From Candidatus Moraniibacteriota bacterium (GTDB taxonomy: Bacteria; Patescibacteriota; Minisyncoccia; Moranbacterales; GCA-2747515): 64,000 nucleotides of DNA. The position numbers were made by a program, and so were the translations under genes. The notes below the pieces were generated by a model. That model was not told where the DNA came from. It did no database searches and worked only from the letters and a program-made list of their open reading frames with translations. Shown piece by piece: positions 1 to 11,266 of the stretch. Every line of letters starts with the position of its first letter. Position 1 is the first letter of the stretch. Where the stretch lies: NCBI GenBank assembly GCA_023133275.1, contig JAGLWU010000021.1, positions 1,341-65,340 of the forward strand, in the 5' to 3' direction.

Positions 1-1683
1 TGACTATTATCAAATTCACCTCGCCCACGATTCACCGCACTTAATTCAAAAGTCGTTAAAATTCCCGTCGCATCAATTTTATTCTTTTCATAAAAATTCA
101 TTAATTTTGGTTGAATTGCCATCACACCATCACTTTCATATTTTTGAATAGCTGTTCGCATTTCTTTTATATAATTTTCATCCGCCTTTACATCGTTGTT
201 CAAAGTTATGATATATTTTATATTTGGATTTAAAAACGCCATTCTCATTCCAATATTATTAGGATTTGCGAAACCAGTATTTTTTTTCAAACGAATAATT
301 GAAACTTGCGGAAAATTATTTTTTATAAAATTAACTGAGTCATCCGTCGATCCGTTGTCCACTAAAATGATTTGAAAATTTTGATCCGTCTGACTTTGCA
401 ATGACTGAAAACAAGTTTCCAAATATTTCTTACCGTTCCAATTTGCAATCACAACTACCGTATCAATTTCTAAATTTTCTGATTTAACTAAATTAATTTC
501 CTGAATTTCATCAATTGCATTTTTCAAAAAGTTATAATATTCATTTTTATTTTTAGAAGAAGTAGTGTATTTTTGCAAAGCAGTTTCAAAAGCCTGTCTT
601 CCCATTTTTTCACGCAAATTTTTATTTTGAATTAAAGTGATTAATTTTTTATACCATTCATTTAAATCACTTGCAATAAAACCATCCTTTCCATCTTGAA
701 TAGATTCTTGAAATGTTTGTGTACCACTCACCACCACAGGATTTTTCACAATCGCTGACTCAAAAAACTTCAACTCAGATTTTGACTCACAAAACGGATC
801 ACCAACCTCCAACGGTGCAATCGTAACATCACATTTTGCTAATTCATGAAAATATTTTTCTCGCCTAATTAAAGATTTCCGAGTAATTTGATTCTCATAT
901 TTTTCAAATTTCTTACTTATTTCCAAAGCTCCCACGAGATAAAGTTGCACATTTTTATTTTCTTTCAAAATTCGCAAAAGCACATCCGACACCACAGCAA
1001 AATCTCGATCATGCGATTTGGAGCCGCTAAAATATCCAATAGTTATTTTTTCATTATTTTTTTTAACATTCCTTCTCGCAAATTTAGCATCTGATAAATC
1101 TTTTTCGGAAAGTTTATTTGGAATTACAAAAACTTTTTTATTGTATTTTTTTAATCGCTCTGCCAAATAAGTAGTCGTAGTAGTCGCAAATTTAACTGCT
1201 GAATTTTCTAACAAAAAATTATTTTCTTCATATTGTTTTTTTTCTAACTCTGTTAAATTTTTATAAGCGTTTGTTTTTTGAAATATTTGTTTTTCAAAAG
1301 TTAAATCATCAGTTTCAAAAATTATTGTTTTTTTATTTTTTTCTAATTTTGAAATAAATTTTTCTAACTTTTCTGTTTTTGTTGCATGATGAAAAATGAA
1401 GACTTGAAATCGTTTTGCTTGTTTTTGTAAAAGCGGACTGGATTGATGAATTATAGAAACTTTAAATTTTTGGTTTTTTAATTCTTCGGCAATGTGAAAG
1501 ACTCTGTGTAATGTACTTGCTCCAGAGGCGCCAGAGGCTACAAATAAAATTTCGCCTCGTCGCACCACCATCATTTTGGAAATTTGAAAAAGTCCTCGCA
1601 GAAACATGGATAATCCTGAGATCAAGCCTTCGTTTTTTACAATTCCAACAACTTTTCCAAATAGTATTGATATTATTTTCATG
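1..1683 (-). CDS. Bifunctional glycosyltransferase fusion: N-terminal GT4-like (glycosyl transferase group 1) half and C-terminal GT2 half. The 3' end runs off the window edge.
   Basis: ATG at 1681-1683 on the minus strand opens a reading frame that is still open at position 1. It translates as MKIISILFGKVVG...FVASGASGASTLHRVFHIAEELK, then a GT4-like segment (GYFSGSKSHDRDFAVV...). It ends with a GT2 signature, NFQIILVDNGSTDDSVNFIKNNFPQVSIIRLKKNTGFANPNNIGM (DxD and nucleotide-binding region). Confidence 0.7.
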
Positions 1684-1691
1684 ATTTTATT

Positions 1692-2234
1692 TTAATATTC
1701 TATTTTCAAATTTTTATAAAAACCCCAACTAGCCAAAACATGAACATGAATAATTTCACCACTTTTAATCTTTTTATCAATAATATTCTCCTGAACCCAA
1801 TGATTCAACAAATCCTCTTCAGTAGCATCTCGATTCCCTTTCAAATCAGCCACTTCCAAATCTTCCGCCAAAAATACATACATAAAAGATTTTGAACGTC
1901 GATTATTCATCAAATACTTACCAATTTGAGTCAATTTATTGCTCTTATAACCCAATTCCTCCATCAACTCCCTATTAGCACCGTCTTCAATATTTTCACC
2001 ACAAGGAACAAACCCACCAGGAAATTGATAAAGACTTTTTCTTATTGGATAAGAAAATTCTTTTTGCAAATTAATTTTGCCCTCTTCATTTCTACAAATA
2101 ATCGTTACACAATCACCTTTATCTTCAAATAATAAATATTTACTTTTCGTTCCATTAGGTAACTGAATATCATCCTCGATCAAAGTTAATCGAGAATGTT
2201 CAAATATCTTTTTAGAATTTAAAGTTTTCCACAT
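1692..2234 (-). CDS. NUDIX hydrolase
   Basis: Canonical Nudix box GGFVPCGENIEDGANRELMEELGY (GX5EX7REUXEEXGU). Compact 180 aa size. Confidence 0.85.
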   Translation of the reverse strand: MWKTLNSKKIFEHSRLTLIEDDIQLPNGTKSKYLLFEDKGDCVTIICRNEEGKINLQKEFSYPIRKSLYQFPGGFVPCGENIEDGANRELMEELGYKSNKLTQIGKYLMNNRRSKSFMYVFLAEDLEVADLKGNRDATEEDLLNHWVQENIIDKKIKSGEIIHVHVLASWGFYKNLKIEY

Positions 2235-2255
2235 ATTTTTTTAATTAAAAATTCA

Positions 2256-4220
2256 CTACTCAAAAATCTGTCTCCACAAATATCTAACTTGAGCACTCGA
2301 GCTAAATTTTGGATCACGATCTTTCGGTTTAAAAACTTTTCTATCATCCGTAATAAATTCCCCTTTCGGCTTCAATTCATACAAAGTCAAAGTCCCAAAA
2401 ACTTTTTTCTCCACGACATCCATCCCCACAACAAATTTCTCCAAATAATTTTTCGCATTAGATTGCGTACGAATAATAATAAAATAATTCCCCTCACGAT
2501 ATAAAGGCTTCAAATCACCTGAAATATGATCACGTGGAATATCACGCACATCAATCCGCTCCCAAAACGCCCGTTTAAATTCCGCCTGTGCATCCAAAAA
2601 AATCGGGTAATTATTTTCTTCATACTTACTGACCATATACTCAACAATTTCTTCCATCTGTTCCAAAGTCATTCGATTCTTCTCCTTCAAAATATGATCA
2701 GTTTTAATTCTCAAATCTGGATTACTTTTTGCCTGCGACAATTCATTGAAATACAAAAATACAAAAATTAAATTAGAAATTATAAAACCAGCAGTAATTA
2801 ACCAAATAATAATTCGCAAATATTTATTTTTACTTTGCGAAACAACTTTCAAAACCATTCCCCACAAAACTAAAACTAACGGACCGCTGAGCAAAAAAAA
2901 TCTCGGTGCTAAATCATAAGACAACGGAATGTATGCCATAAAATTAATCCCCAGCCATAAAAGAATTATTATTAAAAAGTTTTTTCTCTCATCTTTTTTT
3001 TCTTTCCAATAAAGATAAACCCCTGAAATTAAACCTAACAATAATATCACAAAAGAAATGATTCCTCTAAAAAATCCGTCTTTACAATCTTGATCACATT
3101 TAATATCCTTATCGCTAATTTGAGGCAATTCCGCTCGCTGATCGCCTGTTAAAATTAACCAATTATATTGTGTGTGTTCTCCACCATTTCGCACAAATTT
3201 TTCAAAAAGAGAGTGTTTATTAATTTCTTTTCCAGTTTCTGGATCAAGTATTTTTTTATCAGATTTTTTTAAAACAGCTGAAATAAAAGCCTTGTAATTT
3301 TCACCGTCAGTTTTAATATCGTTAATAATCAAAGGAATATTCAGAAAAATAAAAATCGCAATTGCTCCCAGCCAATATTTCAAAGCAATTTGTGGTCGTG
3401 TCCAAATAAGATAAACAACTGCTACAACTGGTGCAATCGTAAAAGCTAAAAAGTGCATATTACTCAAAAACGCCAAAGAAATACTTACCACCATCAACCA
3501 CCAACCATTTTGTTTTTTAGGATTATTTTGAAAATGATTAGAAACACTTTCAACTTTTTTTTCAATAATGTTTAAACTTTTTGCGACAAACCTTGTAAAT
3601 TTATTTTTGCAACAATCACTTTCTACAATAATTTTAAATTGCCTGAAAAAATTTAAAGTTCTACCTAAACAATTTTTATTCTTACTTGTAGCTTGCAATA
3701 AACTATACACAAAAGCTAGCATGAAAAAAGGCATTAAATTTGGATTCCACCCAAAGCGACTGTAAGTTACGAAAAAAATTGAGACTGAAAAAATTGTCAT
3801 CAATGCTAAAGAAATTTTTTGATTGAAAAATTCTCGCACAAAAATATAAAAAAGTGGAATGGTCAAAAATGAAAAAATTAAAATTAAGACAATGCTGCCC
3901 ACTGGAGTGTCGCCAAAAATTAATGCACTAACATATTCCATGTAATAAAAAAGCGGTCCTAAACGTAATGTTGTTTTGTCATCAGCAATGTCAGATCCTT
4001 TTGATTTAATCATTACATTCCCCGCTGCTTTTGGTCCTTGTAACGGAAGTTCGCCAACACCGTATTTTATCGCAGAATGGATAATTCGAAAATCTCGTGC
4101 TTGATCTAGCTGATAATGCATCCAGTCATTGAATTTGAATGCTCGCAAAAAAAATCCTAAACTTAAAATTACGATAAAAATTATAGCGATTTTATTTTTT
4201 TTGAATGTATTTTTTTTCAT
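2256..4220 (-). CDS. PMT/ArnT-type GT-C membrane glycosyltransferase (GT39/GT83-like), paralog 1
   Basis: Polytopic N-terminal half with the loop-1 acidic motif YQLDQARD. Basic Cys-containing insert (ESDCCKNKFTRF) and a C-terminal soluble domain. Clearly paralogous to 11723..13843 and 14626..16488. Confidence 0.65.
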   Translation of the reverse strand: MKKNTFKKNKIAIIFIVILSLGFFLRAFKFNDWMHYQLDQARDFRIIHSAIKYGVGELPLQGPKAAGNVMIKSKGSDIADDKTTLRLGPLFYYMEYVSALIFGDTPVGSIVLILIFSFLTIPLFYIFVREFFNQKISLALMTIFSVSIFFVTYSRFGWNPNLMPFFMLAFVYSLLQATSKNKNCLGRTLNFFRQFKIIVESDCCKNKFTRFVAKSLNIIEKKVESVSNHFQNNPKKQNGWWLMVVSISLAFLSNMHFLAFTIAPVVAVVYLIWTRPQIALKYWLGAIAIFIFLNIPLIINDIKTDGENYKAFISAVLKKSDKKILDPETGKEINKHSLFEKFVRNGGEHTQYNWLILTGDQRAELPQISDKDIKCDQDCKDGFFRGIISFVILLLGLISGVYLYWKEKKDERKNFLIIILLWLGINFMAYIPLSYDLAPRFFLLSGPLVLVLWGMVLKVVSQSKNKYLRIIIWLITAGFIISNLIFVFLYFNELSQAKSNPDLRIKTDHILKEKNRMTLEQMEEIVEYMVSKYEENNYPIFLDAQAEFKRAFWERIDVRDIPRDHISGDLKPLYREGNYFIIIRTQSNAKNYLEKFVVGMDVVEKKVFGTLTLYELKPKGEFITDDRKVFKPKDRDPKFSSSAQVRYLWRQIFE

Positions 4221-4255
4221 AGAAAATTTTAGTAAATTAATCTAATTATCTTCAA

Positions 4256-5833
4256 TTAGAAAAACTTTTTTATAAACCAATTATCACAGTCAACATCCAC
4301 TCTTGAATTTTCTTGAGTAACTTTAGGACAATCATTATCATTTATAATTTTGATGTCTAATGAATTCTCTATCTCAAAAAAAGGAATACTTACATTTTTA
4401 AAATTAATATTATTTATATCCTTTAATTTTACAAAAATTTTCTCTCCTTCAACCTGAATATTTTTAAATAATACACCATTAACTTTATTTTTAAATCCCT
4501 TAAATCTAATAATCGTCTTTTTCCCATTATTAATAATTTTAATATCACAAAACTCAATATTTCTCATTTCAGGCTCCTTAGTTGTTTCAGAGTCTTCACC
4601 ACCATAACGAAAATTTATTTTTATAGCTTCTTTATCAGAATTTTTAATAAGAATATTTCTAAATACTACATTTTCTATTATACCACTTCTACCAGCTTTA
4701 GTTTTTATTCTTAAACCGTTATTAGATTTTTCAACTATCAAATCTTCAACAAATACATTTCTAACATCACCAGACATTTCACTTCCAATCGTAACTGCTC
4801 CATGACTTTCTTCAACGATATTATTTCTAATCACAATATTTTCGGATGACTTGCCTACTCTCCAACCATCTTTATCCCTTCCAGATTTTATTACAATTGC
4901 ATCATCCCCGCTTCTAATATTGTTATTTTCAATTAATACATTTTTTGATGAATCTATTGCAATCCCATCAGTATTTGGAGCACTCGTTTCTATATTTACA
5001 TTCCGTATAATCAAATTTTCTGTATACAAAGAATGAATTGTCCACATAGGACCATCCTTAACAGTAACATTTTCAATTAATACATTTTTTGAATTATAAG
5101 GCTGTATGAAAGAAGTTCTTATATAATCATCAACTTTACCAAAAATTCTATTTTCTACTGCGACATCTTCCAAAAACATATTGTATAATCTTCTTTTTGC
5201 CTCAGTTTCCTTTTCTTTAAAATCATTCCAACCATTAGGATTATTATTTTTTTGAATAATTCCTTTTCCTGTAATAGCTACATTCACACAATCAGGTATA
5301 TATATCATGAGCGAAAAATTCATTAATTCCATCCCTTCATAACGAGTTTTTACAACTGGAATATAATCGGTTGGCTCTGAAGAAAAAGTAATTATTGACC
5401 CTTCTTCTAAAAATAAGTTAATATTACTTTTAAAGTGAATTGGACCATTAAGCAGCCATTCACCAACTGGAACTTTTACTGTCCCACCCCCTTTATTTGA
5501 ACAATCTTCAATGGCTTTTTTAAAAGATTCTACATTGTGATTTTCAACTTCACTGTTAATTTTTATAGCACCGTAATCAGAAATATTACAAATATTATTT
5601 GGAAATATTGGAGAACTAATATTTTCAACAAAATCAACGAAAGTTAAATCTATTTCAACATATTTACTGCTTAAGTCACTATTTAAATCAATATCTTCTT
5701 TTGTAAACTTATTCTTAGTATTATTTATAAAAATAAAACAAAGTAAGCTAATTAATACAATTATAAAGTAAACTAAATAATTGGAATTTAAAAATTTTTT
5801 AATTTTTTCTTTTAGCATAAAAAATTTAATCAT
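4256..5833 (-). CDS. Membrane-anchored GH28-like (polygalacturonase family) beta-helix glycoside hydrolase, paralog 1
   Basis: N-terminal TM anchor. All four GH28 signature segments are present: NTDGIAIDSS, SGDDAIVIKSG, ESHGAVTIGSEMSGDVRNV and RIKT. Also the CSNKGGGTVKVPVGEW N-cap typical of pectate-lyase-fold enzymes. Confidence 0.75.
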   Translation of the reverse strand: MIKFFMLKEKIKKFLNSNYLVYFIIVLISLLCFIFINNTKNKFTKEDIDLNSDLSSKYVEIDLTFVDFVENISSPIFPNNICNISDYGAIKINSEVENHNVESFKKAIEDCSNKGGGTVKVPVGEWLLNGPIHFKSNINLFLEEGSIITFSSEPTDYIPVVKTRYEGMELMNFSLMIYIPDCVNVAITGKGIIQKNNNPNGWNDFKEKETEAKRRLYNMFLEDVAVENRIFGKVDDYIRTSFIQPYNSKNVLIENVTVKDGPMWTIHSLYTENLIIRNVNIETSAPNTDGIAIDSSKNVLIENNNIRSGDDAIVIKSGRDKDGWRVGKSSENIVIRNNIVEESHGAVTIGSEMSGDVRNVFVEDLIVEKSNNGLRIKTKAGRSGIIENVVFRNILIKNSDKEAIKINFRYGGEDSETTKEPEMRNIEFCDIKIINNGKKTIIRFKGFKNKVNGVLFKNIQVEGEKIFVKLKDINNINFKNVSIPFFEIENSLDIKIINDNDCPKVTQENSRVDVDCDNWFIKKFF

Positions 5834-5845
5834 TTTAAAAATTAA

Positions 5846-7144
5846 CTACAAAAACACATTAATATCCTTATTTACAAAAATAACATAAGAAATAATTAAA
5901 GAAAGAACACCTCCGTAAACAATTTGATAATTCAACGATTTAGTCTTATGTCTCACAGTAATAAAAGTCAAAATCAAAGGAATAATATAATACCTAAATT
6001 CAAATAACCAATGCAATGAAAGAAATAAAAAGGAAAAAGGAATAATTAAAGAATATTTATTCTTAATAAATGGCTTAGTAAAAAAATATCCAATTGCTAA
6101 AACAAAGAGTGAATATCCAAATATTGAAAAAAATAAATTCTCCTGCAAATAATACAACACCCAATTGTGCATAAATCTAAGTTTCACATTATAAACATGC
6201 GGTTCCAAAACTAAAGTTCTAACAAAAACAAAATACCCAGTGAACATCAAAACTAAAGTAATTATTGATCTTTTTAAATCTCTAAAATAAAAGTTATAAA
6301 TCTTTTTAATATTAGAAATAACGACTGGAAAAAACATAAATGAAAATAATATTAGAAATCCATAAATATTCCCAAAATGAAGACTCATCGATGGATGTCT
6401 GGATTTATCACCTGTCGCTATCCCCTCATTGAAAACATAAAACATAACAAATAAAAACATAACCACAAAATATGATGCACTTTTAGAAATAAAATCCACA
6501 AGAAGACTCTTATTTATTTTTTTATCATTTTCAACAAAAATATCTAATGCCAATAAAGTCATTAACAAGCCTAACCACAATATATTATCCTGACGTACTA
6601 ATAAAGATAATAATAAAAATAAAGCCGACGCATCATAACGCTTATATAAATAAAATACAAAAGCAGAACTAACGAGAACTAATGACCAAACATCCGTATA
6701 AACCAAAAAAAACAACGGTGCTAAAGTTGGCACTGATAAAATAGCTAATATTGTTCGTTGATTTTGCTTAAGTTTTTTATTAGCAAAGAATAAAACAATT
6801 GGCAAAAGTAAAGCTAAAATAACTTGAAAAACTCGAAGCCATTGATCGCTTGGATGTCCTTTTTTTGTTTTATAATCAATAAAAGGATCTGCAATCTTTC
6901 CTATAAAAGCTAGTGTATAATGATAACCTGGTATTGTTGTTAGCTGTTTAACGGGTCTATTAGTTTCTCCTCTGAAAATTCTTTTAACTTGCAAAGTGTG
7001 AGAATTTTCATCTGTAAATCTACCAGGTGCTAATTTGTAAACATACATTGCCCCACCTGTAATTAAAATTAGTGCAATCACTAAAATTATTTTTTCTAAA
7101 TCATCTCTCATTATAAACTTTTTGATTTGCTCTATTTTTTGCAT
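5846..7144 (-). CDS. Polytopic GT-C membrane protein, ALG10/DIE2-like (GT59-like) candidate
   Basis: More than 10 predicted TM segments. The first luminal loop FTDENSHTLQVKRIFRGE...KQLTTIPGYHY matches the ALG10 pattern DEIFHxPQAQ...ITTxPGLY. Confidence 0.45.
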   Translation of the reverse strand: MQKIEQIKKFIMRDDLEKIILVIALILITGGAMYVYKLAPGRFTDENSHTLQVKRIFRGETNRPVKQLTTIPGYHYTLAFIGKIADPFIDYKTKKGHPSDQWLRVFQVILALLLPIVLFFANKKLKQNQRTILAILSVPTLAPLFFLVYTDVWSLVLVSSAFVFYLYKRYDASALFLLLSLLVRQDNILWLGLLMTLLALDIFVENDKKINKSLLVDFISKSASYFVVMFLFVMFYVFNEGIATGDKSRHPSMSLHFGNIYGFLILFSFMFFPVVISNIKKIYNFYFRDLKRSIITLVLMFTGYFVFVRTLVLEPHVYNVKLRFMHNWVLYYLQENLFFSIFGYSLFVLAIGYFFTKPFIKNKYSLIIPFSFLFLSLHWLFEFRYYIIPLILTFITVRHKTKSLNYQIVYGGVLSLIISYVIFVNKDINVFL

Positions 7145-7278
7145 GTTTTTAACTTTATTAATTATTTTTTCTAATTTTAAATTATTTTTCTATTTTATCA
7201 CATTCTGACATATTAACTACCTTACACGTTCTTATAACAAATTTTTTTACAAAAATGATTATTCTATAAAATTAGGTG

Positions 7279-8913
7279 TTAAATTTCTAATTTTTTATCC
7301 ATATTATTCTGTATCCACCTATAAACACTAATCCGTCCTCGAACTAATGATGAATCCGTAACTTTCTCAAAATTATCATCAAAATATTCTCTCGCTTCTT
7401 TTGTAATAAAATCCCTATCATTATCAGAAAAAACCACCCAACCGCTCGGATTTTCACTAACGATTTCTTTAACATATTCAAGAGTAATTTTATGAACTTT
7501 CCCCTCTTTCTCAATATCCTCCACGCTCCGCTCAGAACCAAAATCAAAAACAGGAATATCCAACTTATTATAATAATAATTCCGAAAATTACGAGTAATC
7601 ATTACGTCGCCCTTCTGATAATTTCTTTTCACATAATCAAAAACTTTCCTGTAATTTGGCGTGTCTGACGAAGAAGTTAAATGGTAAGTATTATTTTCTT
7701 GAAAAAAATAACTAACATTCAAAGTTAAAATTAAAAATATTCCAACAATAATTGACATCCATTGTTTTTCATTCAGTTTAATCTTTTTACTGAAAATTTT
7801 AATTGAACGAGAAGAAATTGTTTCAACAATAAATTTAGCTAAAACGAAAATTCCACTTGCTGTTAAAATTAAACCGAAACTTTGAATAAAGAAAATATAT
7901 TGAGGTCCAACATTTCTCGCCCAGACAAAAACTGCTGCTAACAATATTGCCATAAAATTTAAAAATATCCACAATCCACTTTTCGAGATTTCTTTTTTAC
8001 GCATTAAATACCACGATCCCATAAACATTAAAAACCACCCAACTACAGCATTCCCATAATTTAAACCAATATGATTAAAATAATTCCAATGATCCTCAAA
8101 GAAAACTAAAGTTTTTTTAAGCCATTCGAATTGTGTTTTCGCCGCTATAGAAAAAATCACAATAACAAAAATCATTCCCGTAACATAAAAAATGTAACGA
8201 TTTAATTTATTCTTTTTTCTGTATTCAACAAAAAATCTAATCAAACAATAGACAAAAATCGCCAAAGTAATATTTCCAGTCAATTGATGTAAATGTGCAG
8301 CTAATAATCCAAAAAATAAAACTGGCAACAAATAAACCCACCTGAAATTAAAAAAAGACTTAAATAAAGTTTTTGTTTTCTGTTTACTTATTTCTATAAA
8401 TTGAAAAATTGTCCAAGATAATATTAAAAATATCGGTGCAAACATTGAGTACATTCTGATTTTTCGATTTATTTCAATGGCTGGCACGCTCGTCGCCCAG
8501 AGAAATGCTGAAATTAGTGCGATCCAACGATTTTTTGTGAAACTTAATGTTACAAAATATAAAATTGCAATGGTAAAAATTCCCCACAACGCACTGACCA
8601 AACGAATTGTAAATTCTGTTGGTGGAAAATACTTAAATTTGTACAATTGACTAACTTGCCATCGGTAAACCCACGCTCTTTTGTCGCTTAATTTATTATC
8701 ACGGACGCTTTCTTGATTGTGATTGAAATCCCATGCTTGCCACTCTCCTAGTTTGTGATAACCGTAAGTTGCGTTTACGTCTAAAAATTCATCAGCGACA
8801 AATGAGTTTTCTCCTAAATTATATAATCGTAAAAATGATCCTAATATTATTACTGTTAATAAAGCAACGTAAATATATTTGTAATTTTTTAATTCGTTTA
8901 AGATTTTGTTCAT
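7279..8913 (-). CDS. GT-C membrane glycosyltransferase (PMT/ArnT-like) with C-terminal soluble domain
   Basis: N-terminal TM followed by an acidic loop FVADEFLD (the DE motif of GT39/GT83). Polytopic core of about 380 aa. C-terminal roughly 150 aa hydrophilic domain. Confidence 0.55.
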   Translation of the reverse strand: MNKILNELKNYKYIYVALLTVIILGSFLRLYNLGENSFVADEFLDVNATYGYHKLGEWQAWDFNHNQESVRDNKLSDKRAWVYRWQVSQLYKFKYFPPTEFTIRLVSALWGIFTIAILYFVTLSFTKNRWIALISAFLWATSVPAIEINRKIRMYSMFAPIFLILSWTIFQFIEISKQKTKTLFKSFFNFRWVYLLPVLFFGLLAAHLHQLTGNITLAIFVYCLIRFFVEYRKKNKLNRYIFYVTGMIFVIVIFSIAAKTQFEWLKKTLVFFEDHWNYFNHIGLNYGNAVVGWFLMFMGSWYLMRKKEISKSGLWIFLNFMAILLAAVFVWARNVGPQYIFFIQSFGLILTASGIFVLAKFIVETISSRSIKIFSKKIKLNEKQWMSIIVGIFLILTLNVSYFFQENNTYHLTSSSDTPNYRKVFDYVKRNYQKGDVMITRNFRNYYYNKLDIPVFDFGSERSVEDIEKEGKVHKITLEYVKEIVSENPSGWVVFSDNDRDFITKEAREYFDDNFEKVTDSSLVRGRISVYRWIQNNMDKKLEI

Positions 8914-8931
8914 AAGTTTAAAAATTAATTT

Positions 8932-9585
8932 TTATAATTTTCCTTCCCATTCTTTATAAAACTCATCTAAATATTGTTTCATAAATTCATGTCTGTGTTC
9001 AGCAATTTTTCTACCAGTCTCTGTATTCATTCGATCTTTTAATAATAAAAGCTTTTCATAAAAATGATTAACAGTTGTAGAGTTTCCTTTTTTATATTCT
9101 TCTTTATTCATATTGAGATTCGACTTTATACTTGGATCATGAAGAGGACTATTTATATATCCTCCATAATTAAAAGTTCTTGCAATTCCCATTGCGCCCA
9201 TCGCATCTAGTCTATCTGCATCTTGAACAACACCTAATTCAAGAGATTTAAAATTTTGAACATAACTACCTCCTTTGAAAGAGATATTATCAATAATCTT
9301 TCCAATATGATCAATAATCTCTTCATCAACATTAAGCGACTGCAAAAAATTTCTTGCTTTTTTTGGACCAATTGTCTCATCTCCATCATGAAATTTTGAA
9401 TCTGCAATGTCGTGAAGTAACGCACCTAATTCAACAATAAATAAATTAACTTTTTCATCTTTAGCGATGTGTTTTGATAATTTCCAAACACGATAAATAT
9501 GCCACCAATCATGACCGCTTTCAGCATTTTTCAATTCTTCTTTTACAAATTCTATCGTTTTATCTATTACTTTAGCTTTATCCAT
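8932..9585 (-). CDS. HD-domain phosphohydrolase
   Basis: Shows the H...HD...D metal-binding pattern: HDWWHIYRVWKLSKHIAKDE...LHDIADSKF...DADRLDAMGA. Confidence 0.8.
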   Translation of the reverse strand: MDKAKVIDKTIEFVKEELKNAESGHDWWHIYRVWKLSKHIAKDEKVNLFIVELGALLHDIADSKFHDGDETIGPKKARNFLQSLNVDEEIIDHIGKIIDNISFKGGSYVQNFKSLELGVVQDADRLDAMGAMGIARTFNYGGYINSPLHDPSIKSNLNMNKEEYKKGNSTTVNHFYEKLLLLKDRMNTETGRKIAEHRHEFMKQYLDEFYKEWEGKL

Positions 9586-9630
9586 TTTTTTAATAACTTT
9601 TTAATTTAATTAAAATAAATTTCTAAAAAT

Positions 9631-10614
9631 TTACTCAAATTCATTCTCAAAATCAATCTCTATTTTACCACCATTTTCCAAATCAGTGTAGAACATCTTA
9701 ACATCCATTTCTCCATCCTCAATAATTAATTCGTAAAAAGATCCTGGATATTCTAAACTTTTTTTAGTTCCTGTAAAAGAATAATATTTAACATCATTTT
9801 TTTCTCTGAAATAATTAAATTCAATATGTCCACTAAATATTGCCTTGACATTATACTTTTCAAGCAACTCTATTAAATGTTCTCCATTCCCCACAACTCT
9901 ATCAATTCCCTCACCTCTCCCCAAAGCAGGCTGATGTGTAAAAACAAAAACCTGTTTATCAGTTTGCAAATACGGTTCTAACCAAGTGAAAATATGATCA
10001 GGGATATGTCCACCAATCGAAGAATGTCCCGGCTCTGAAGTACTTTCATCAGGAAAAAAATTTGTATCCATAATTATAAAACGATAATCACCTTGATCAA
10101 TAATTTGATTTTCACTTTCTAAATTTAACGTTTCTCGAAATTGCGTTTTAGTAACACTTCTCAAATCATGATTTCCCACCACAAGATAAACTGGTGAACC
10201 AACTCTGCTCAATTCTTTCTTTACTAATTGTATTCCCATAATGCTGACAAAATCTTTATCATTAGTTCCCTCAACAATATCGCCTAAATGAAAAATTAAA
10301 TCTGGCTGGAATATTTTCATTTGTTCGTTAAATTCATTCAAAGGTTTTATGTTTTTTTCTGAAAGGTAACGAGGTGCGTCATCTGCTTTATTTTCTCGAA
10401 CGATTCTTTTGGCGTGAACGTGGGTGTCGGTTATTATTCCGATTTTTATGTCTTGTTGGGTTTTGATTTTTCGTTCCCAAATTGGTTTTAGTTTTGGTAA
10501 TGGGAAAAATCCTCGATGTTCGTAGTCGGGCGTGTCGTATTTATTGAAGTACCAAAGACTTGCTCCGCCAACTGGTATTAGGAATATGAATAATGTTAGG
10601 ATTATTTTTTTCAT
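9631..10614 (-). CDS. Secreted or anchored metallophosphoesterase (calcineurin-like)
   Basis: Signal/TM N-terminus. MPE motifs GIITDTHVH, HLGDIVEG, GNHD and GHIEF, in the order D-x-H, GD, GNH, GH. Confidence 0.8.
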   Translation of the reverse strand: MKKIILTLFIFLIPVGGASLWYFNKYDTPDYEHRGFFPLPKLKPIWERKIKTQQDIKIGIITDTHVHAKRIVRENKADDAPRYLSEKNIKPLNEFNEQMKIFQPDLIFHLGDIVEGTNDKDFVSIMGIQLVKKELSRVGSPVYLVVGNHDLRSVTKTQFRETLNLESENQIIDQGDYRFIIMDTNFFPDESTSEPGHSSIGGHIPDHIFTWLEPYLQTDKQVFVFTHQPALGRGEGIDRVVGNGEHLIELLEKYNVKAIFSGHIEFNYFREKNDVKYYSFTGTKKSLEYPGSFYELIIEDGEMDVKMFYTDLENGGKIEIDFENEFE

Positions 10615-10683
10615 GTTTTTTTGGTAATGTTTAATGTGTTTATTATATCATAGTTATGTTTTTTGTTTTTTTGGATAAAAAAA

Positions 10684-10720
10684 GTAGGCACTCAGAAATC
10701 TAAGTGCCTACATTATTCTT
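10684..10720 (-). terminator. Rho-independent terminator overlapping the end of ORF 10700..11266
   Basis: On the minus strand: GTAGGCAC-ttagatttctga-GTGCCTAC then TTTTTTTATCC. Confidence 0.5.
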
Positions 10721-11266
10721 CCTCCTTTTCCTCAGCTTTACACACCAAGGAATAAAAACGAAAAAATAAATCAATAAACTGCCAATAATTTTATACTCTA
10801 TGCTAAGAGCAATAAAAAACAACAGCCTCCCTTTATAAATCCAATAAAGAATCTTCCCTAACAATAGGAAAACGTTCTTCATTGTTGTTTTGACGTAAAT
10901 CACGCCGCTCCAGAATTTCTTCCAAACCTTCCTAACTTTCTCAAAAAAATCTGAAATCTTCTTTCGGATTTTTCTTATAATTAGAATTAAGGCTTTTATT
11001 TTTTTCTTAACTCTTTTCAAAAAATCAAAAATTTCACTCCAAAATTTTTTTATCATTAAAACTAAAATAATAAAAAAAATGAATGCAAAAAAATAAATAA
11101 ATATTTCTCTTTTAAAAAAGAAGATTAATACTCCTATCCCCCAAATAATAAAAAATATATTAGAATATTTTTTATGAAGATCTTCTTTCATTACATTTTC
11201 TCCTTCATTCAAGAGATTATCAATTAAAGCTGTCCCAAACCGATATTTTTTGATTTCCTGATTCAT
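10700..11266 (-). CDS. Hypothetical Lys-rich membrane protein
   Basis: ORF only. Low-complexity, hydrophobic segments. Overlaps the next ORF by 47 nt. Ends inside a terminator hairpin. Confidence 0.3.
   Translation of the reverse strand: MNQEIKKYRFGTALIDNLLNEGENVMKEDLHKKYSNIFFIIWGIGVLIFFFKREIFIYFFAFIFFIILVLMIKKFWSEIFDFLKRVKKKIKALILIIRKIRKKISDFFEKVRKVWKKFWSGVIYVKTTMKNVFLLLGKILYWIYKGRLLFFIALSIEYKIIGSLLIYFFVFIPWCVKLRKRRKNNVGT

Noticed and set aside
888-1094. Numerous 60-130 aa ORFs antisense to or overlapping large genes (e.g. 888..1094+, 1926..2132+, 2289..2771+, 7344..7547-, 9234..9425-, 11843..12109+, 21534..22331, 27080..28035+, 28431..29141+, 30700..30975+, 33187..33456+, 39012..39576+, 55091..55480+, 55390..55767-, 57718..58011+, 59779..60063+, 63433..63804)
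   Set aside because: Typical spurious open frames in AT-rich DNA. They have Ile/Phe/Asn/Lys-rich translations and no RBS, and each lies inside a well-supported gene on the other strand.
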